Shown piece after piece: positions 1-9,652 of a stretch of 34,921 nucleotides of DNA. The translations under genes and the position numbers were made by a program. Position 1 is the first letter of the stretch; every line of letters begins with the position of its first letter. Origin of the DNA: a virus (taxonomy: Duplodnaviria > Caudoviricetes); IMG/VR virus record IMGVR_UViG_3300011435_000013, positions 1 through 34,921 of that record. One strand, 5' to 3'. Below the pieces are notes generated by a model. That model made no database searches, was not told the DNA's origin, and saw only the letters and a program-made list of their open reading frames with translations.

Positions 1-123
1 AACTTCGTCTGGCAGCGCGTCACGATGCGTTTTCGACTGCCGTCTGCGCTCTGGAACGGCACGGCGCACGACACGACGCTCTCGATCAGCGACGGGGTTC
101 CGGTCACGCTCACCAACGGCGGC
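1..123. repeat. Terminal direct repeat, left copy (circular assembly overlap)
   Basis: 1-123 (aacttcgtct...caccaacggcggc) is identical to 34799-34921. Confidence 0.97.
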
Positions 124-465
124 AACGCCAACGTCGACGATCTCGTGCTCTATCTGAGCGTCGCCTCTTCGTCCAATGCCTCTTTCGAGATATCGAAAGA
201 TATCACGCTCGACCCGCTTCCCGCCGACGCCTTTAACGTGCTCTATGACGGCAACGTCAACGCAGGACAAACGCTCTATCTCGACTCCGGGCGCTGGCTG
301 GCGACAAAGAACGGCATCGGCGTCTGGCCCGATATCGTCTTTCAGGAGCTGCACTCTTGCGCAGGACTCTTTCGACTGCGTCCCGGCGCAAACCCCGTCA
401 AGATAGATTGGAGCGGTACGGGTGCCGTCTCGCTGCGATACGTCTTTTACGACAAATGGCGGTGA
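1..465 (+). CDS. 3' part of putative distal tail protein (Dit-like); the gene starts at 34469 and wraps through the circular join (~264 aa)
   Basis: Frame is continuous from ATG 34469 through 34798 into position 1 (NFVWQRVTMRF...). Lies directly after the tape measure gene; C-terminal LRPGANPVKI...YDKWR resembles Dit proteins. Confidence 0.7.
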   Translation, partial: NFVWQRVTMRFRLPSALWNGTAHDTTLSISDGVPVTLTNGGNANVDDLVLYLSVASSSNASFEISKDITLDPLPADAFNVLYDGNVNAGQTLYLDSGRWLATKNGIGVWPDIVFQELHSCAGLFRLRPGANPVKIDWSGTGAVSLRYVFYDKWR

Positions 466-469
466 GCAG

Positions 470-3400
470 ATGAGGGCGTGGGTCGAAGTCTTCGAGTCGG
501 ACGGCGTCGCGTCGAGCGTCACCGACGGCCCGATCTATCAGGTGCGAAGCTGGCGGCAATTGTCTCTGCTCAACGGGGCGGGCAATTTTAGCTGCGTGCT
601 CAACGCGCTCGACGAGCGGGCTGCGAGTCTGATTCACCCGCTGTCCGTGCTGCGCTGCAAAGTGCTCGACATTGACGACTATCTGCCGAGCGTCGAGCGC
701 GTCAAGACGCTCGGCACAGTCATCGTGCATAGCGTCTCGTGGCGCGTCGTGCCCGACGGCACGGTCGACCTCGTCGTCTCGGGTGCAGATTCGCTTTACG
801 ACCTGACGAAAGTGCTCGTCGAGCAGACGACCTTGACCGAAGACGAGACGCTTCCTCACGATGCGTTGATGGATCGCTATGCGCCGCCCGCCTGGGGCTG
901 GAGCGGAGCGTATGCGAATCCCGTCGCGCTGCAATTCAGCTATGAGACGTTGCTCGACGCGCTCGGTCAGGTGAGCGAAGTCAACGGCGACCGCTTCAGA
1001 GGGACGCGAGACGGCTTTGCGTTGAGCTGGATATCTTCCGTCAACGGGCATTTGGCCGCGCCGAATATGCCGACGATTGTCGCGTCGCTCGACCCGCAGG
1101 TCGTCTTGACCGATGCGCCGTCGGGTGCGCTGCTCGGCACGAATCGCGACACGCTGCTCGCCACGAGTCTTGAGATCGGCGAAGACGGCTACAACATTGC
1201 GACGCACTGTTTTGCGTTTGGCAGCGGCATCGGCATCAATCGATTGCATCTCAACTATGCAACGCACTGGCCCGACGACTCGCTGATCAGCGCGGGCAAC
1301 TACACCGACGAGCTGGGCATCGAGTGGCAGCGTCACGCGACGGGGATGCTCATCAACCTCACCGACGCCGTAATCATCGGCACGCGCTACGTACACAAGT
1401 ATTGGCCCCAGATCGTTCCCGCTTCCGTCAATACACCTGACTATAACGTCGCCGGCAATACGTTGATGAAGTTTGCGCTCTCTTATATGCGCAGCGTGCG
1501 CAGAGCGACGAAAGTCTATCGAGCGACGATCGTCAAGCCGATGAGCGTGAGTCCAAACGGCTACGTCGGCAACTATGCGTCGCTCGTCTACGTGCGCGGC
1601 ACGACCGACGGCATTCCCGTCTATGAGAACGTCGAAGCGCTGCTCGTCACCGAAGCCGAAGAGAGCATCGACGAGCGCGGCGTCTATACGGTGCGCTTGA
1701 CCATGATCGACGCCGAGCGCCCGCCGAAGACTGAGTCGCAGTACATTCTTGAAATGTTGCGCACGAATTCGATGGCGCTCAAGAATGACCAATTTACCAG
1801 TCAGGACTTGGGCACGTCCGAGGCTCCGCTGCGCGTCGTCTACTCCGAGAGCATCGTCTCGTCGGGCGGGATCCCGCTTTCGGGCAGCGAATGGGAATAT
1901 AGCGGCAATATGCTCGTCGATGCGAACGCGGGCAGCGACACGATTGTACAGATTGCGAATCAGGGGGCGGGGCGCGCCGATCTGTACGTCGACAGAAATA
2001 TCGTGCTCGGCGGCACAGTCAACGGCGTCGATATTGCGTCGCTCGTCGGCTCTGGGCATCCTGCGGCGACGGGCGGCGACGGAATCGACGTAGACGGGGC
2101 GCAGGTAGTCGCAGTCGATGCGACCGTCGTGCGCACGTCGAGAAGCGTCGCGACGGGCGACGGCTTGAGCGGCGGCGGCAATCTCTCTGCGAATCGCACG
2201 CTCACCGTCGATACAAGCGTCGTGCGCACGAGTCGCAGCATTGTCGCCGGGACGGGGCTAACGGGCGGCGGCTTCCTGAGCGCAGACGTGACGCTCAACG
2301 TAATCGGCGGCGACGGCATCACCGCCAACGCCAACGACGTAGCCGTCGATGCGACGGTAGTCAGAACGTCGAGACAGGTCATAGCGGGCGCGGGGATGAC
2401 GGGGGGCGGTGCGCTCAGTGCAGACGTGACGCTCAACGTCATCGCAGGAAACGGCATCGTCGTAGGTGCGAACGACGTAGCCGTCTTGCGGGCGACGCCG
2501 GATAGTGGATTGACGTTTGTCTCTGGCGGCCTGGCGCTCGGCGCGCCGGGCGCTGTCTCTGCGCTCACGACGGCCGCCGTCACGACGACGACGCATGTGC
2601 ACCCCGTCATCGCCGCCAACGACGTGGGAACGATTGCGCCGGGAGTCGAGACGTTGCTCAAGGCTACGGGCGCGGGCGCGTTGACGCTTGGTTCGCTCGA
2701 CGTGACCGGCTCTGCGAATATCCTGCAAAGTCTCTATGCAGCGGCGAGCGGCTTTCAAGTGCTGCACCATACGGCGGGCGGCGCTCATGCTCACGTGCTC
2801 GTAAACCCGTCGGGCGACCCCGTCGTCATCGATGAGCAGTTCGGGATGGATATCTACGACAATCTCAGAGTGCGCGGCTATATCGTCGGAAACTTGACGC
2901 TGCAAGTGCGCGATATGGATCCCGTCATCCCCTTCGACGGAGCCTTCCCGCTAGAGAGCAACTACACCGGCTCGACGCTTGGAAGCGGCGGGCAGGCGGG
3001 CAGAGCTGCGACGGGCTGCCGTATGCCCATCTTTCGACCGGGACGATTCGGCAAGGCCGTGCAAATCACGAGCGCGGGAACCAATCTCTTTACGAACCCG
3101 ACCGCCGAGATCGATGACACCTCCTACGCCAACACCGGCAGCGCGACGCGCACCGTCGTGACGACGCACAGCTATTTTGGAGCGAAGTCGATCCGCGTTC
3201 AGACGACGAGCGGCGCATTTGACGGGCTGGTCGCGATTGGCCCGACGCACGGCTCGGCGCAGACGTACTCCGCAATCGTCTGGATCGAGCGCACGGAGAT
3301 CGTCGCCGACTTAATCGTCGGACTGCGCGAAGCGACGGCCACGCAGATCGCGTTTACGACCATCCCCAAACGGCTCGGCTGGCAGCCGGTGAGCGTGAGC

Positions 3401-6208
3401 GGCACGACGACGACGACGGGTTCGCTGCGTCTCTATATCCAAAAGAGCGGCGGCGCGGCGGTCGTCGTCTTTTACGTCGACGGCGCCTCGATGTATCTGT
3501 CTGCGAATTGTCTGCCGTCGGCGCACGGCGCGATGACGACCAACGAAGGCAGCGACGCTTATAGTTGGACGGGAGCGGCGCACGGCAGCACGACGACGAT
3601 TCTCAAGACGGGGCTGGTCTACCCGTCCACGTCGCCAATCCACACCGTCGGTGCGAATGGCTCTTTCGGCGCTTGGGTGCGTCTGCCGTGGGCGGGTTCG
3701 GGTTCGGGTTCGCTCGTGCACTACGTCTTTACCGCGGGCAACAATAATTTGTCGCTGCGCTTCGACGCGTCGGGACAAGTCATCTTTCAGGCGGGAGGCT
3801 CGGACGCGACGCCTCACGCGATTACGCTCGATACGCAGTGGCATCTCTATATGGTCACATGGGCCGACGACACGAATCTCGTGCAGCTCTGGTATGACGG
3901 CGTTGTCATCGCGTCGCACGCTTACGTCGGCCCGACGACTTCTAGCGATATGTACATTGGCTGTAACACCGCAGGCGACGCGCAGCTCGACGGGCAGATC
4001 GACCATGTGATGAACGTCTCACGCGTGCTCGACGCCGAAGAGATGCTCGCGATTGCGACCGCCGACGGCCCCGCGTTTGCGTTTCGCTCAGTCTTCAATC
4101 TGCGCTTTGGACGCAATCGTTTCAGCTTCGACGATGAGGGCTTTTGGGGAACGGGCGCGAGCGGGCGGCGCTTAATCGGAATCTATGCGGGCGTAGACGG
4201 CGCGCCTTCGACGACAAAGTCGTGGGGTAACGTCAATCTGAGCGAAGGGGATATCCTCTTCGGCCAGAAAGCGACGCTTGGCGGCGGCTGGATGCACTTC
4301 GACCAGGCGGTGACTGCGCTCGGCGAGACGCCGCGCATGGCGTGGGGCTATGACGGCGTAGAAGTCTTGCAGCTCGACACCGGAGGGGCGACGCTCAACG
4401 GCGTACTTGACCTTTCGGCGACGGGCGGAATCTTTCAGGGAACCGGCACGTTTGCAGAGCCCGACGACGCGCTCAAGATATACAACAATAGCGGCGTCGG
4501 TAACATCGAGCTTTGGGTCGATCTTGTCAAAGAGGCGTGGCTTGACGCGCAGGGCTTCGCCGTGCGCAGGCCCGTCTTCGAGGGCGACTATTCGACGCTC
4601 AACAGTTATAAGTTTATGAGCGGCTCGGCGACTGTGGGCGGCGTGACGGGTCTGCTCTCGAATAGCTCGACGCAGAATAACGCTATCCTGTGGGCCGAAG
4701 ATACGACGAGCGGGCGGCAGGCAGTCGCCGCGGCGCGCGCTTACGGCACGTCGGCCAACGTCTACGCCGAGATCGTGGCCACGCGGCGCGGCACGGGCGC
4801 ACGCGTCGGCTTCGTGACGATCTCGGCGCTGGCGGCTTCGACGCTGCTCAACGTCGGAGCCGATCAAAGCGACTTCTACGGCGCGCTACACGCGACGGGA
4901 GCCGCAGACTTCGACGGCACGCTCAACGCAGACGGGGTCGTCACCTTCGGCAGCACGCTCAACGTCGTCGGCGCACTGAGCGCAGCGAGTCTCGCCGTCG
5001 GGAGCGTCGTGCTGACCGGCAATCTGACCGTGCCGAATGCCATGCGCATCAACGTCGAAACGCTGCGCGCGATAGACACGACGGGACTGCTCTTTCAGAA
5101 CGCGGCGGGCACGACGGGTATGTTTATCTCGAATGCGGGGAACGTCGTCGTGCCGACCGGCCAGAAATTCGCGACCGACGCCGTCGCTGCGCTCAGTGCG
5201 GCGGGCCTGCTCTTGAGCGACGACGCGAATGATCCGGGCGTGTTTGTGGCCGACCTGGGTGCGGTGGCGGTCGGTCATCTCTCGCCCGATTCGGGAACGC
5301 GTTTCCATGCGAAGGGGTCTAGCGGTTTACTGACGACTGCGCCATTTAAATTTGAAACCACGCTAGGAGGTAGTCTAGGCTCGACGCGCGCCGTGCTGTC
5401 ACTGAAAGCGACGACGACCGGCGTGGCGAGTGCGGCATTTGGGCCGCGCATGATCTTCGAGCTGAACGACTCCGACACGAGCGGCGTCAACGTCATCGCT
5501 GCACTCGCCGGAGTGCGCGACGGGGCAGACAATAGCGGGCGGCTCGTCTTCTCGGCGGCGGCCGCGGGCGTGCTGGTCGACGTGCTGACCTTGCGGGCCG
5601 ATAGTACGATTGTCTTGGGCGGGCCGGTAAACAGTCAGGTAGCAGGCACGGTTTCGCTGATAGTGGATTCACCGGCGTCGCCGACGGGCGATATTCTCCG
5701 CGTGCTACGGGCGACGGTGGAAAGGTTTACGATCACGAAAGAGGGATGGGGCAAGTTTGTCTCGACCGCCGCGTCGGGCGGCGGCGTAGACGACGTAGGA
5801 GCGCGGCTGATATTGCAGAGTGTGAAGGGGAGCGCCGGGGCCGCGTACGATATGGCCGGGCAACTTCGCTTCATGGCTAAGAATTCGAGCAGTGTCGACA
5901 AAGTCTTCGTAGACGTAAACGGGCAGGTAGACGTGGCGACGGCGGGCAGCGAGAGGGGCGGGCTATACATCAATACGCAGCACGGCGGGGCCGACGCGAT
6001 TCCGTTTGCGGCGGTGGGGGCGAATGTGCGCATGGCGTCTAGTTCGCTGTCCGCCGTCAACTTCCACGGGACGAAAGGCGTAATTTTCATCGAGAATCGA
6101 GCGACAGCCCCTAGCCCCGCGAATCCGCCGTCTAACGGAATCTTCCTCTACGCCGAAGGGGGGGTGCTAAAATACATGGATTCGAGTGGTAGTGTCTGGA
6201 CTGCGTAG
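470..6208 (+). CDS. Large tail-tip/adhesin protein (~1912 aa): baseplate-hub-like N-terminus, Gly-rich repeats, CBM-like and LamG-like domains
   Basis: Follows Dit; likely ATG at 470. Repeats VAVDATVVRTSR..GxGLxGGG; TNLFTNPTAE (CBM-like); GAWVR...QWHLYMVTW...LWYDG...LDGQIDHV (LamG-like). Confidence 0.8.
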   Translation: MRAWVEVFESDGVASSVTDGPIYQVRSWRQLSLLNGAGNFSCVLNALDERAASLIHPLSVLRCKVLDIDDYLPSVERVKTLGTVIVHSVSWRVVPDGTVDLVVSGADSLYDLTKVLVEQTTLTEDETLPHDALMDRYAPPAWGWSGAYANPVALQFSYETLLDALGQVSEVNGDRFRGTRDGFALSWISSVNGHLAAPNMPTIVASLDPQVVLTDAPSGALLGTNRDTLLATSLEIGEDGYNIATHCFAFGSGIGINRLHLNYATHWPDDSLISAGNYTDELGIEWQRHATGMLINLTDAVIIGTRYVHKYWPQIVPASVNTPDYNVAGNTLMKFALSYMRSVRRATKVYRATIVKPMSVSPNGYVGNYASLVYVRGTTDGIPVYENVEALLVTEAEESIDERGVYTVRLTMIDAERPPKTESQYILEMLRTNSMALKNDQFTSQDLGTSEAPLRVVYSESIVSSGGIPLSGSEWEYSGNMLVDANAGSDTIVQIANQGAGRADLYVDRNIVLGGTVNGVDIASLVGSGHPAATGGDGIDVDGAQVVAVDATVVRTSRSVATGDGLSGGGNLSANRTLTVDTSVVRTSRSIVAGTGLTGGGFLSADVTLNVIGGDGITANANDVAVDATVVRTSRQVIAGAGMTGGGALSADVTLNVIAGNGIVVGANDVAVLRATPDSGLTFVSGGLALGAPGAVSALTTAAVTTTTHVHPVIAANDVGTIAPGVETLLKATGAGALTLGSLDVTGSANILQSLYAAASGFQVLHHTAGGAHAHVLVNPSGDPVVIDEQFGMDIYDNLRVRGYIVGNLTLQVRDMDPVIPFDGAFPLESNYTGSTLGSGGQAGRAATGCRMPIFRPGRFGKAVQITSAGTNLFTNPTAEIDDTSYANTGSATRTVVTTHSYFGAKSIRVQTTSGAFDGLVAIGPTHGSAQTYSAIVWIERTEIVADLIVGLREATATQIAFTTIPKRLGWQPVSVSGTTTTTGSLRLYIQKSGGAAVVVFYVDGASMYLSANCLPSAHGAMTTNEGSDAYSWTGAAHGSTTTILKTGLVYPSTSPIHTVGANGSFGAWVRLPWAGSGSGSLVHYVFTAGNNNLSLRFDASGQVIFQAGGSDATPHAITLDTQWHLYMVTWADDTNLVQLWYDGVVIASHAYVGPTTSSDMYIGCNTAGDAQLDGQIDHVMNVSRVLDAEEMLAIATADGPAFAFRSVFNLRFGRNRFSFDDEGFWGTGASGRRLIGIYAGVDGAPSTTKSWGNVNLSEGDILFGQKATLGGGWMHFDQAVTALGETPRMAWGYDGVEVLQLDTGGATLNGVLDLSATGGIFQGTGTFAEPDDALKIYNNSGVGNIELWVDLVKEAWLDAQGFAVRRPVFEGDYSTLNSYKFMSGSATVGGVTGLLSNSSTQNNAILWAEDTTSGRQAVAAARAYGTSANVYAEIVATRRGTGARVGFVTISALAASTLLNVGADQSDFYGALHATGAADFDGTLNADGVVTFGSTLNVVGALSAASLAVGSVVLTGNLTVPNAMRINVETLRAIDTTGLLFQNAAGTTGMFISNAGNVVVPTGQKFATDAVAALSAAGLLLSDDANDPGVFVADLGAVAVGHLSPDSGTRFHAKGSSGLLTTAPFKFETTLGGSLGSTRAVLSLKATTTGVASAAFGPRMIFELNDSDTSGVNVIAALAGVRDGADNSGRLVFSAAAAGVLVDVLTLRADSTIVLGGPVNSQVAGTVSLIVDSPASPTGDILRVLRATVERFTITKEGWGKFVSTAASGGGVDDVGARLILQSVKGSAGAAYDMAGQLRFMAKNSSSVDKVFVDVNGQVDVATAGSERGGLYINTQHGGADAIPFAAVGANVRMASSSLSAVNFHGTKGVIFIENRATAPSPANPPSNGIFLYAEGGVLKYMDSSGSVWTA
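2080..2490 (+). repeat. Degenerate intragenic tandem repeats in the tail adhesin
   Basis: Three units of VD[AT][TS]VVRTSR.[VI].[AT]G.G[LM][ST]GGG.LSA; DNA repeat gcagacgtgacgctcaacgt at about 2282 and 2420. Confidence 0.8.
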
Positions 6209-6223
6209 ACGAGAAATGAGGGA

Positions 6224-6544
6224 ATGATGGCCGTATCGACTTTGCAGCGAGTCGCTTTCGAGTCTTCGGCAAACTTTGTGACGCAGGTCGAAGGGGTGGT
6301 GCGTGAGACTGCCATCTATCGGAATGGGCAGCTTGTGCCGGGCGACGAGAAGACGGAGGAAGCGCGGCGTCGATACGCTGCGCTTGTGCGTGAGCCGGGC
6401 GGCTTTGGGTTTGTGCCGACCATCGTGGCCGACAACGCCTGGAATCTCACTTACGACGTGTGGGCGACTGACCCGGAAGCGCAAAAGCCGGTCATCGAGT
6501 CTGCTGTGCAGGCGGCATGGGCGCTATTGACCGGCATCGAATGA
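6224..6544 (+). CDS. Hypothetical protein downstream of the tail adhesin (possible tail accessory)
   Basis: 106 aa ORF with gaggga upstream; co-directional with tail genes. Confidence 0.65.
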   Translation: MMAVSTLQRVAFESSANFVTQVEGVVRETAIYRNGQLVPGDEKTEEARRRYAALVREPGGFGFVPTIVADNAWNLTYDVWATDPEAQKPVIESAVQAAWALLTGIE

Positions 6545-6564
6545 ATACGATAGGAGAGATCAGC

Positions 6565-6852
6565 ATGGGCAACGCAATTACAAGAGACGACTTGCTCGTC
6601 GAGAAGGCGAAGCTCGAAGACGGGTTGAAAGAGATCGTCGAGCAGTTTCAGCGAGTGCACGCGTCGCAAAAGGGCGCGATTGCGGGCGTCGATAGACTGC
6701 TAGAGGTGCTCGACGAGCGTGCTGCGAAGAGCGAAGCGCCGCCGCAATTTGTACCTTTGGCCGACGGCAGCGTCGAGCTTGAGCCTATGAGCGCAAACGG
6801 GAACGGCTTCGCTCACGAAGTGGGGGCAAAGCCCCATGATCAGTCGGCGTAA
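6565..6852 (+). CDS. Hypothetical protein with N-terminal coiled coil
   Basis: RBS aggaga upstream of ATG 6565; last gene of the late operon. Confidence 0.6.
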   Translation: MGNAITRDDLLVEKAKLEDGLKEIVEQFQRVHASQKGAIAGVDRLLEVLDERAAKSEAPPQFVPLADGSVELEPMSANGNGFAHEVGAKPHDQSA

Positions 6853-7052
6853 CAGGTTTCGACCGTCACCATGAGAAAAAGCTCGTCGAGCGTCGCCATC
6901 GCCTGCTCGACTTCGCCGATCTCCTCTTCGAGTCGTCGCTTTCGGTACGGGCCGACGAGCGGCCAGGCGGCGCGTTTGCGCGCACGCTCGACGACGAGCG
7001 TGCTGCGCAGCCGCACGTAATAGTGGCGGGAGAAAGCGAGAGTCGTCGTCAT
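6840..7052 (-). CDS. Hypothetical protein
   Basis: ATG 7052 overlaps the upstream stop (ATGA coupling); MTTTLAFSRHYY... Confidence 0.55.
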   Translation of the reverse strand: MTTTLAFSRHYYVRLRSTLVVERARKRAAWPLVGPYRKRRLEEEIGEVEQAMATLDELFLMVTVETCYAD

Positions 7053-7285
7053 CGCTGCGCCTGCGCCAGGATCGCCCGCGCCGCCTGCTCGATGCGCAGC
7101 GCAAGCCCGACGCGCTCGGCGCCGATATTGTCCTGCACGATGCGCCGCAATTGCTCCGGCGTCTTTCCCTGGACTAACTCTTGCTCGATAGCATCGAGCA
7201 GACGCGGGGCGTGCGTCGTGAGCCAATCGTAGGATTCGGCGTCGAGCGCGTCACGTAGGGGATGAGATTCTATCTTGTGCGTCAC
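7049..7285 (-). CDS. Hypothetical protein (78 aa, GTG start)
   Basis: Strong RBS AAGGAGG 8 nt before GTG 7285, inside the longer 7049-7399 ORF. Confidence 0.6.
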   Translation of the reverse strand: MTHKIESHPLRDALDAESYDWLTTHAPRLLDAIEQELVQGKTPEQLRRIVQDNIGAERVGLALRIEQAARAILAQAQR

Positions 7286-7399
7286 GGAATCAGCCTCCTT
7301 TGCGAATGATCGATCAACAGCAACCCAGTCGAGTTGATAGCGCGCTTGCGTGTCGCCGTCGAGTCGCACGTCTTCAATCGGAATCTCGACGACGCTCAC
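7286..7399 (-). pseudogene. Possible remnant of a ParB-like gene N-terminus, fused in frame to the next gene
   Basis: MSVVEIPIEDVRLDGDTQARYQLD resembles the IRLDGGTQxR start of phage ParB-like proteins; the rest of the domain is absent. Confidence 0.35.
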
Positions 7400-7725
7400 G
7401 GCTGCGCCTTCTCTCGCTGCTGCTCGGCGAGACGACGCAGCACGTCTTTCTGCAATGCGACGTGCGTCTGCCTCATCTCTTCGCTATAGTCTTCCCAAGC
7501 CGTGAGATGCGGGAAGCGCAGCCGCCACGACTCGCCCGTCGCTTTGGCAAGGGCAAGCGCTGCGTCGTCGCCCTGCGGCCAGTGCGCGCGCTCCGCTTCT
7601 AGGGAAGCGGCATAATCAGCAAGCCCCGCCGTTATCATGTCGCGACTGTCAATGTGCCTACGATTCCGCGCAATCGCTATTTCTTTTGCCCATTTTTCCA
7701 GCGGGGTTTTTTGCTCGTCGCTCAT
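7396..7725 (-). CDS. Hypothetical protein containing WPQGDDAA motif
   Basis: ATG 7725 overlaps the lysin stop; 109 aa. Confidence 0.6.
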   Translation of the reverse strand: MSDEQKTPLEKWAKEIAIARNRRHIDSRDMITAGLADYAASLEAERAHWPQGDDAALALAKATGESWRLRFPHLTAWEDYSEEMRQTHVALQKDVLRRLAEQQREKAQP

Positions 7726-9125
7726 TCGGCTAGCCCCGTCACTTCGAGCAGCTCGGCGACTCGTCGCACGTGGCCGCGCCAAAATTTGTCCTCATAGGCG
7801 GGCATTTTGGCGTAGACGTTGAGACGACGAGCGACGAAGCGAGCGGGGTCGGGTCCGACTTCCGACACCCATGCTTTCGCCGCGCCGACGCCGTGCAGGA
7901 CGGCGGTATCGAAGAGCATGAGACAAAGCGGCCACGCGACGCCGTCGGCTCCGCTCGCTTGCCAGTAGTCGCGATAGTAGATCGCGTCGGCTTCGGCCAT
8001 CGTCAAGTGCACGATATCGAGATCGGGATAGCTGCACGCAGAGATTCCGTACTTTGTGCCTTTCAGCTCGCCCACCCCTTCTCTACACCCCGTCCAATTC
8101 CCGATATCGTCGGGGTCGTTGGAATAGCCGCCTTCCCACTTGCGCACGAAAGCTCGACTGCGCTGCCAATCTTTGTCGCTGTGCGGCGGCTCAGTCGGCG
8201 GCTGCACGACGGGCGGCTCGACGGGCTTGGGCGGCTGGATGATTGTCGGCAAGTCGAGAAAATAGGGGTGCGCTTCTTGCGTGTCGAAAGATTCCCACGA
8301 GTTATCCCGATAGTCGGTTGCGAAGGGAAGCACAGCGAGAATGCGAGAATCGAGTCGTGCGAGATAGTATGCGAAGTGCTCGCCGTACCCCTGCGGCGAG
8401 ACGTTGCCGCGCCAGCCGCGATTGCCGCCTTCGTTATTCCAGCGCACGATATCGACGTAATTATCGACTCCGCTCTCGCCGATGATGATCGGGACGTCCC
8501 AGTCGCATTTGTTGATGCGACCCGCCCACCAACCCCACCCGTCCTGAGGGCCAGTGTCGTACCAATATTCGTGCACGTCCATCACGTGGTCGCCGCGCTT
8601 GATTGCGTCGTAGACTGCACGATAGGGCGACCAGTCGGGCGGCGTCTCTGCGCCTTTGTTATTCGGCCAGCCGACGCCCCATTGAAACGCCGACGCTCGC
8701 AGAGCAAACGCAGCGCACTCGTCGAGAAAAGCGACGTTATAGCGCGTGATCGCGTCGGTCGTCCCTCCCTGATTCGGCTCATTGACGCCGCCGACGAGCA
8801 AGAGCGCCGACGGCGGGAAAGCGAGATTGCGCTCAGTCGCTTCTCTGCGCAGGCGCGTGATCTCCCTGTCCCATTCTTGAGCGTGACGCTTGCCCGTCCC
8901 TTCCGGGTCTTGATTCATTGAGCGAAGCTGCTCGCCGCTGCCGTCGTCGAGCCACCAATAGCGAAGAAAGACAATCGCACGCGGCGCGGCCGCATGTACG
9001 CTTGCGACGTGCTGCACGTCGGGATCTAAAATGCGCACGACGGGCGGTTGCAGTCGTGCGATGTATTGCAGATCGGGCGGGCGGTTGTGACCGGGCGACC
9101 AGTAGACGCCTAACTTGCTGCTCAT
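7722..9125 (-). CDS. Endolysin: N-terminal GH-A-like TIM-barrel glycosidase, Pro-rich linker, C-terminal GH108 lysozyme
   Basis: VNEPN / DVHEY / IIIGESG motifs; linker QPPKPVEPPVVQPPTEPP; WEGGYSNDPDD..G...TKYGIS and A.AIYYRDYW typical of GH108. Confidence 0.8.
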   Translation of the reverse strand: MSSKLGVYWSPGHNRPPDLQYIARLQPPVVRILDPDVQHVASVHAAAPRAIVFLRYWWLDDGSGEQLRSMNQDPEGTGKRHAQEWDREITRLRREATERNLAFPPSALLLVGGVNEPNQGGTTDAITRYNVAFLDECAAFALRASAFQWGVGWPNNKGAETPPDWSPYRAVYDAIKRGDHVMDVHEYWYDTGPQDGWGWWAGRINKCDWDVPIIIGESGVDNYVDIVRWNNEGGNRGWRGNVSPQGYGEHFAYYLARLDSRILAVLPFATDYRDNSWESFDTQEAHPYFLDLPTIIQPPKPVEPPVVQPPTEPPHSDKDWQRSRAFVRKWEGGYSNDPDDIGNWTGCREGVGELKGTKYGISACSYPDLDIVHLTMAEADAIYYRDYWQASGADGVAWPLCLMLFDTAVLHGVGAAKAWVSEVGPDPARFVARRLNVYAKMPAYEDKFWRGHVRRVAELLEVTGLAE

Positions 9126-9343
9126 CTGGGAAGCTCCTCTCTAGGAACAAAGTACACTTTGCCGAAGTCCGGCGCGCGTATCGAGCCGAGCTGTATGCGC
9201 CAGACGCCTTCGACGACAATGCCGTGCGCTTCGGCGTGCGCGATGGCTACGTCACGCTCGCGTGCCATCATGGGACGACGAAGACGCTCGACGATGCGAC
9301 GCTTGAGCGCAGTCTCAGTCACCGTCTGCGTTGGGAAGCTCAT
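9122..9343 (-). CDS. Hypothetical protein
   Basis: 73 aa; RBS AAAGAG; stop overlaps the lysin ATG. Confidence 0.6.
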   Translation of the reverse strand: MSFPTQTVTETALKRRIVERLRRPMMARERDVAIAHAEAHGIVVEGVWRIQLGSIRAPDFGKVYFVPREELPR

Positions 9344-9525
9344 GGCTCTTTGTCTCCATTGTGCGAAAGCGTCGCAAGTGTCACACGTCGAGCGACGATG
9401 CGCGCGGTGTAACCCTTGTGCTTCAAGAATGACTTGAGGATCACGGCCTCGGTGAGCGAGTCGGCTTCGACCTCGACGAGGTCGCCGTCGTCGTTGCGCC
9501 AGTAGACGAGATAGACGAGACTCAT
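9340..9525 (-). CDS. Hypothetical protein (61 aa)
   Basis: MSLVYLVYWRNDDG...; ATGA overlaps on both sides. Confidence 0.55.
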   Translation of the reverse strand: MSLVYLVYWRNDDGDLVEVEADSLTEAVILKSFLKHKGYTARIVARRVTLATLSHNGDKEP

Positions 9526-9650
9526 CGGCGCGGCGGCATACGGTCGGCTAGTGCGCAGAGCAGCGCGGCGGCAAAGAAGCCGAGCGCGAGCGACCAGAGC
9601 GGCACGCGCAGCTCGTCGAGCGTCGTTTGCAGATACGCAACGTCGAGCAC
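9522..9650 (-). CDS. Small single-pass membrane protein (42 aa)
   Basis: RBS CAGGAGG before GTG 9650; hydrophobic LWSLALGFFAAALLCALA followed by a basic tail. Confidence 0.5.
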   Translation of the reverse strand: MLDVAYLQTTLDELRVPLWSLALGFFAAALLCALADRMPPRR

Positions 9651-9652
9651 GG

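Noticed and set aside
1-123. Biological terminal repeat of the virion DNA
   Set aside because: It falls mid-gene in a tail gene and is most simply an assembler overlap; read-end data would be needed.
398-2059. Long antisense ORFs (also 7770-8921, 13339-14583, 23364-24152, 27854-28648 and others)
   Set aside because: Shadow frames of real genes in GC-rich DNA; Arg-rich low-information translations with no motifs or RBS.
2000-6208. Diversity-generating retroelement or invertible tail-fibre cassette
   Set aside because: No reverse transcriptase, no adenine-variant template/variable repeat pair and no invertase seen.
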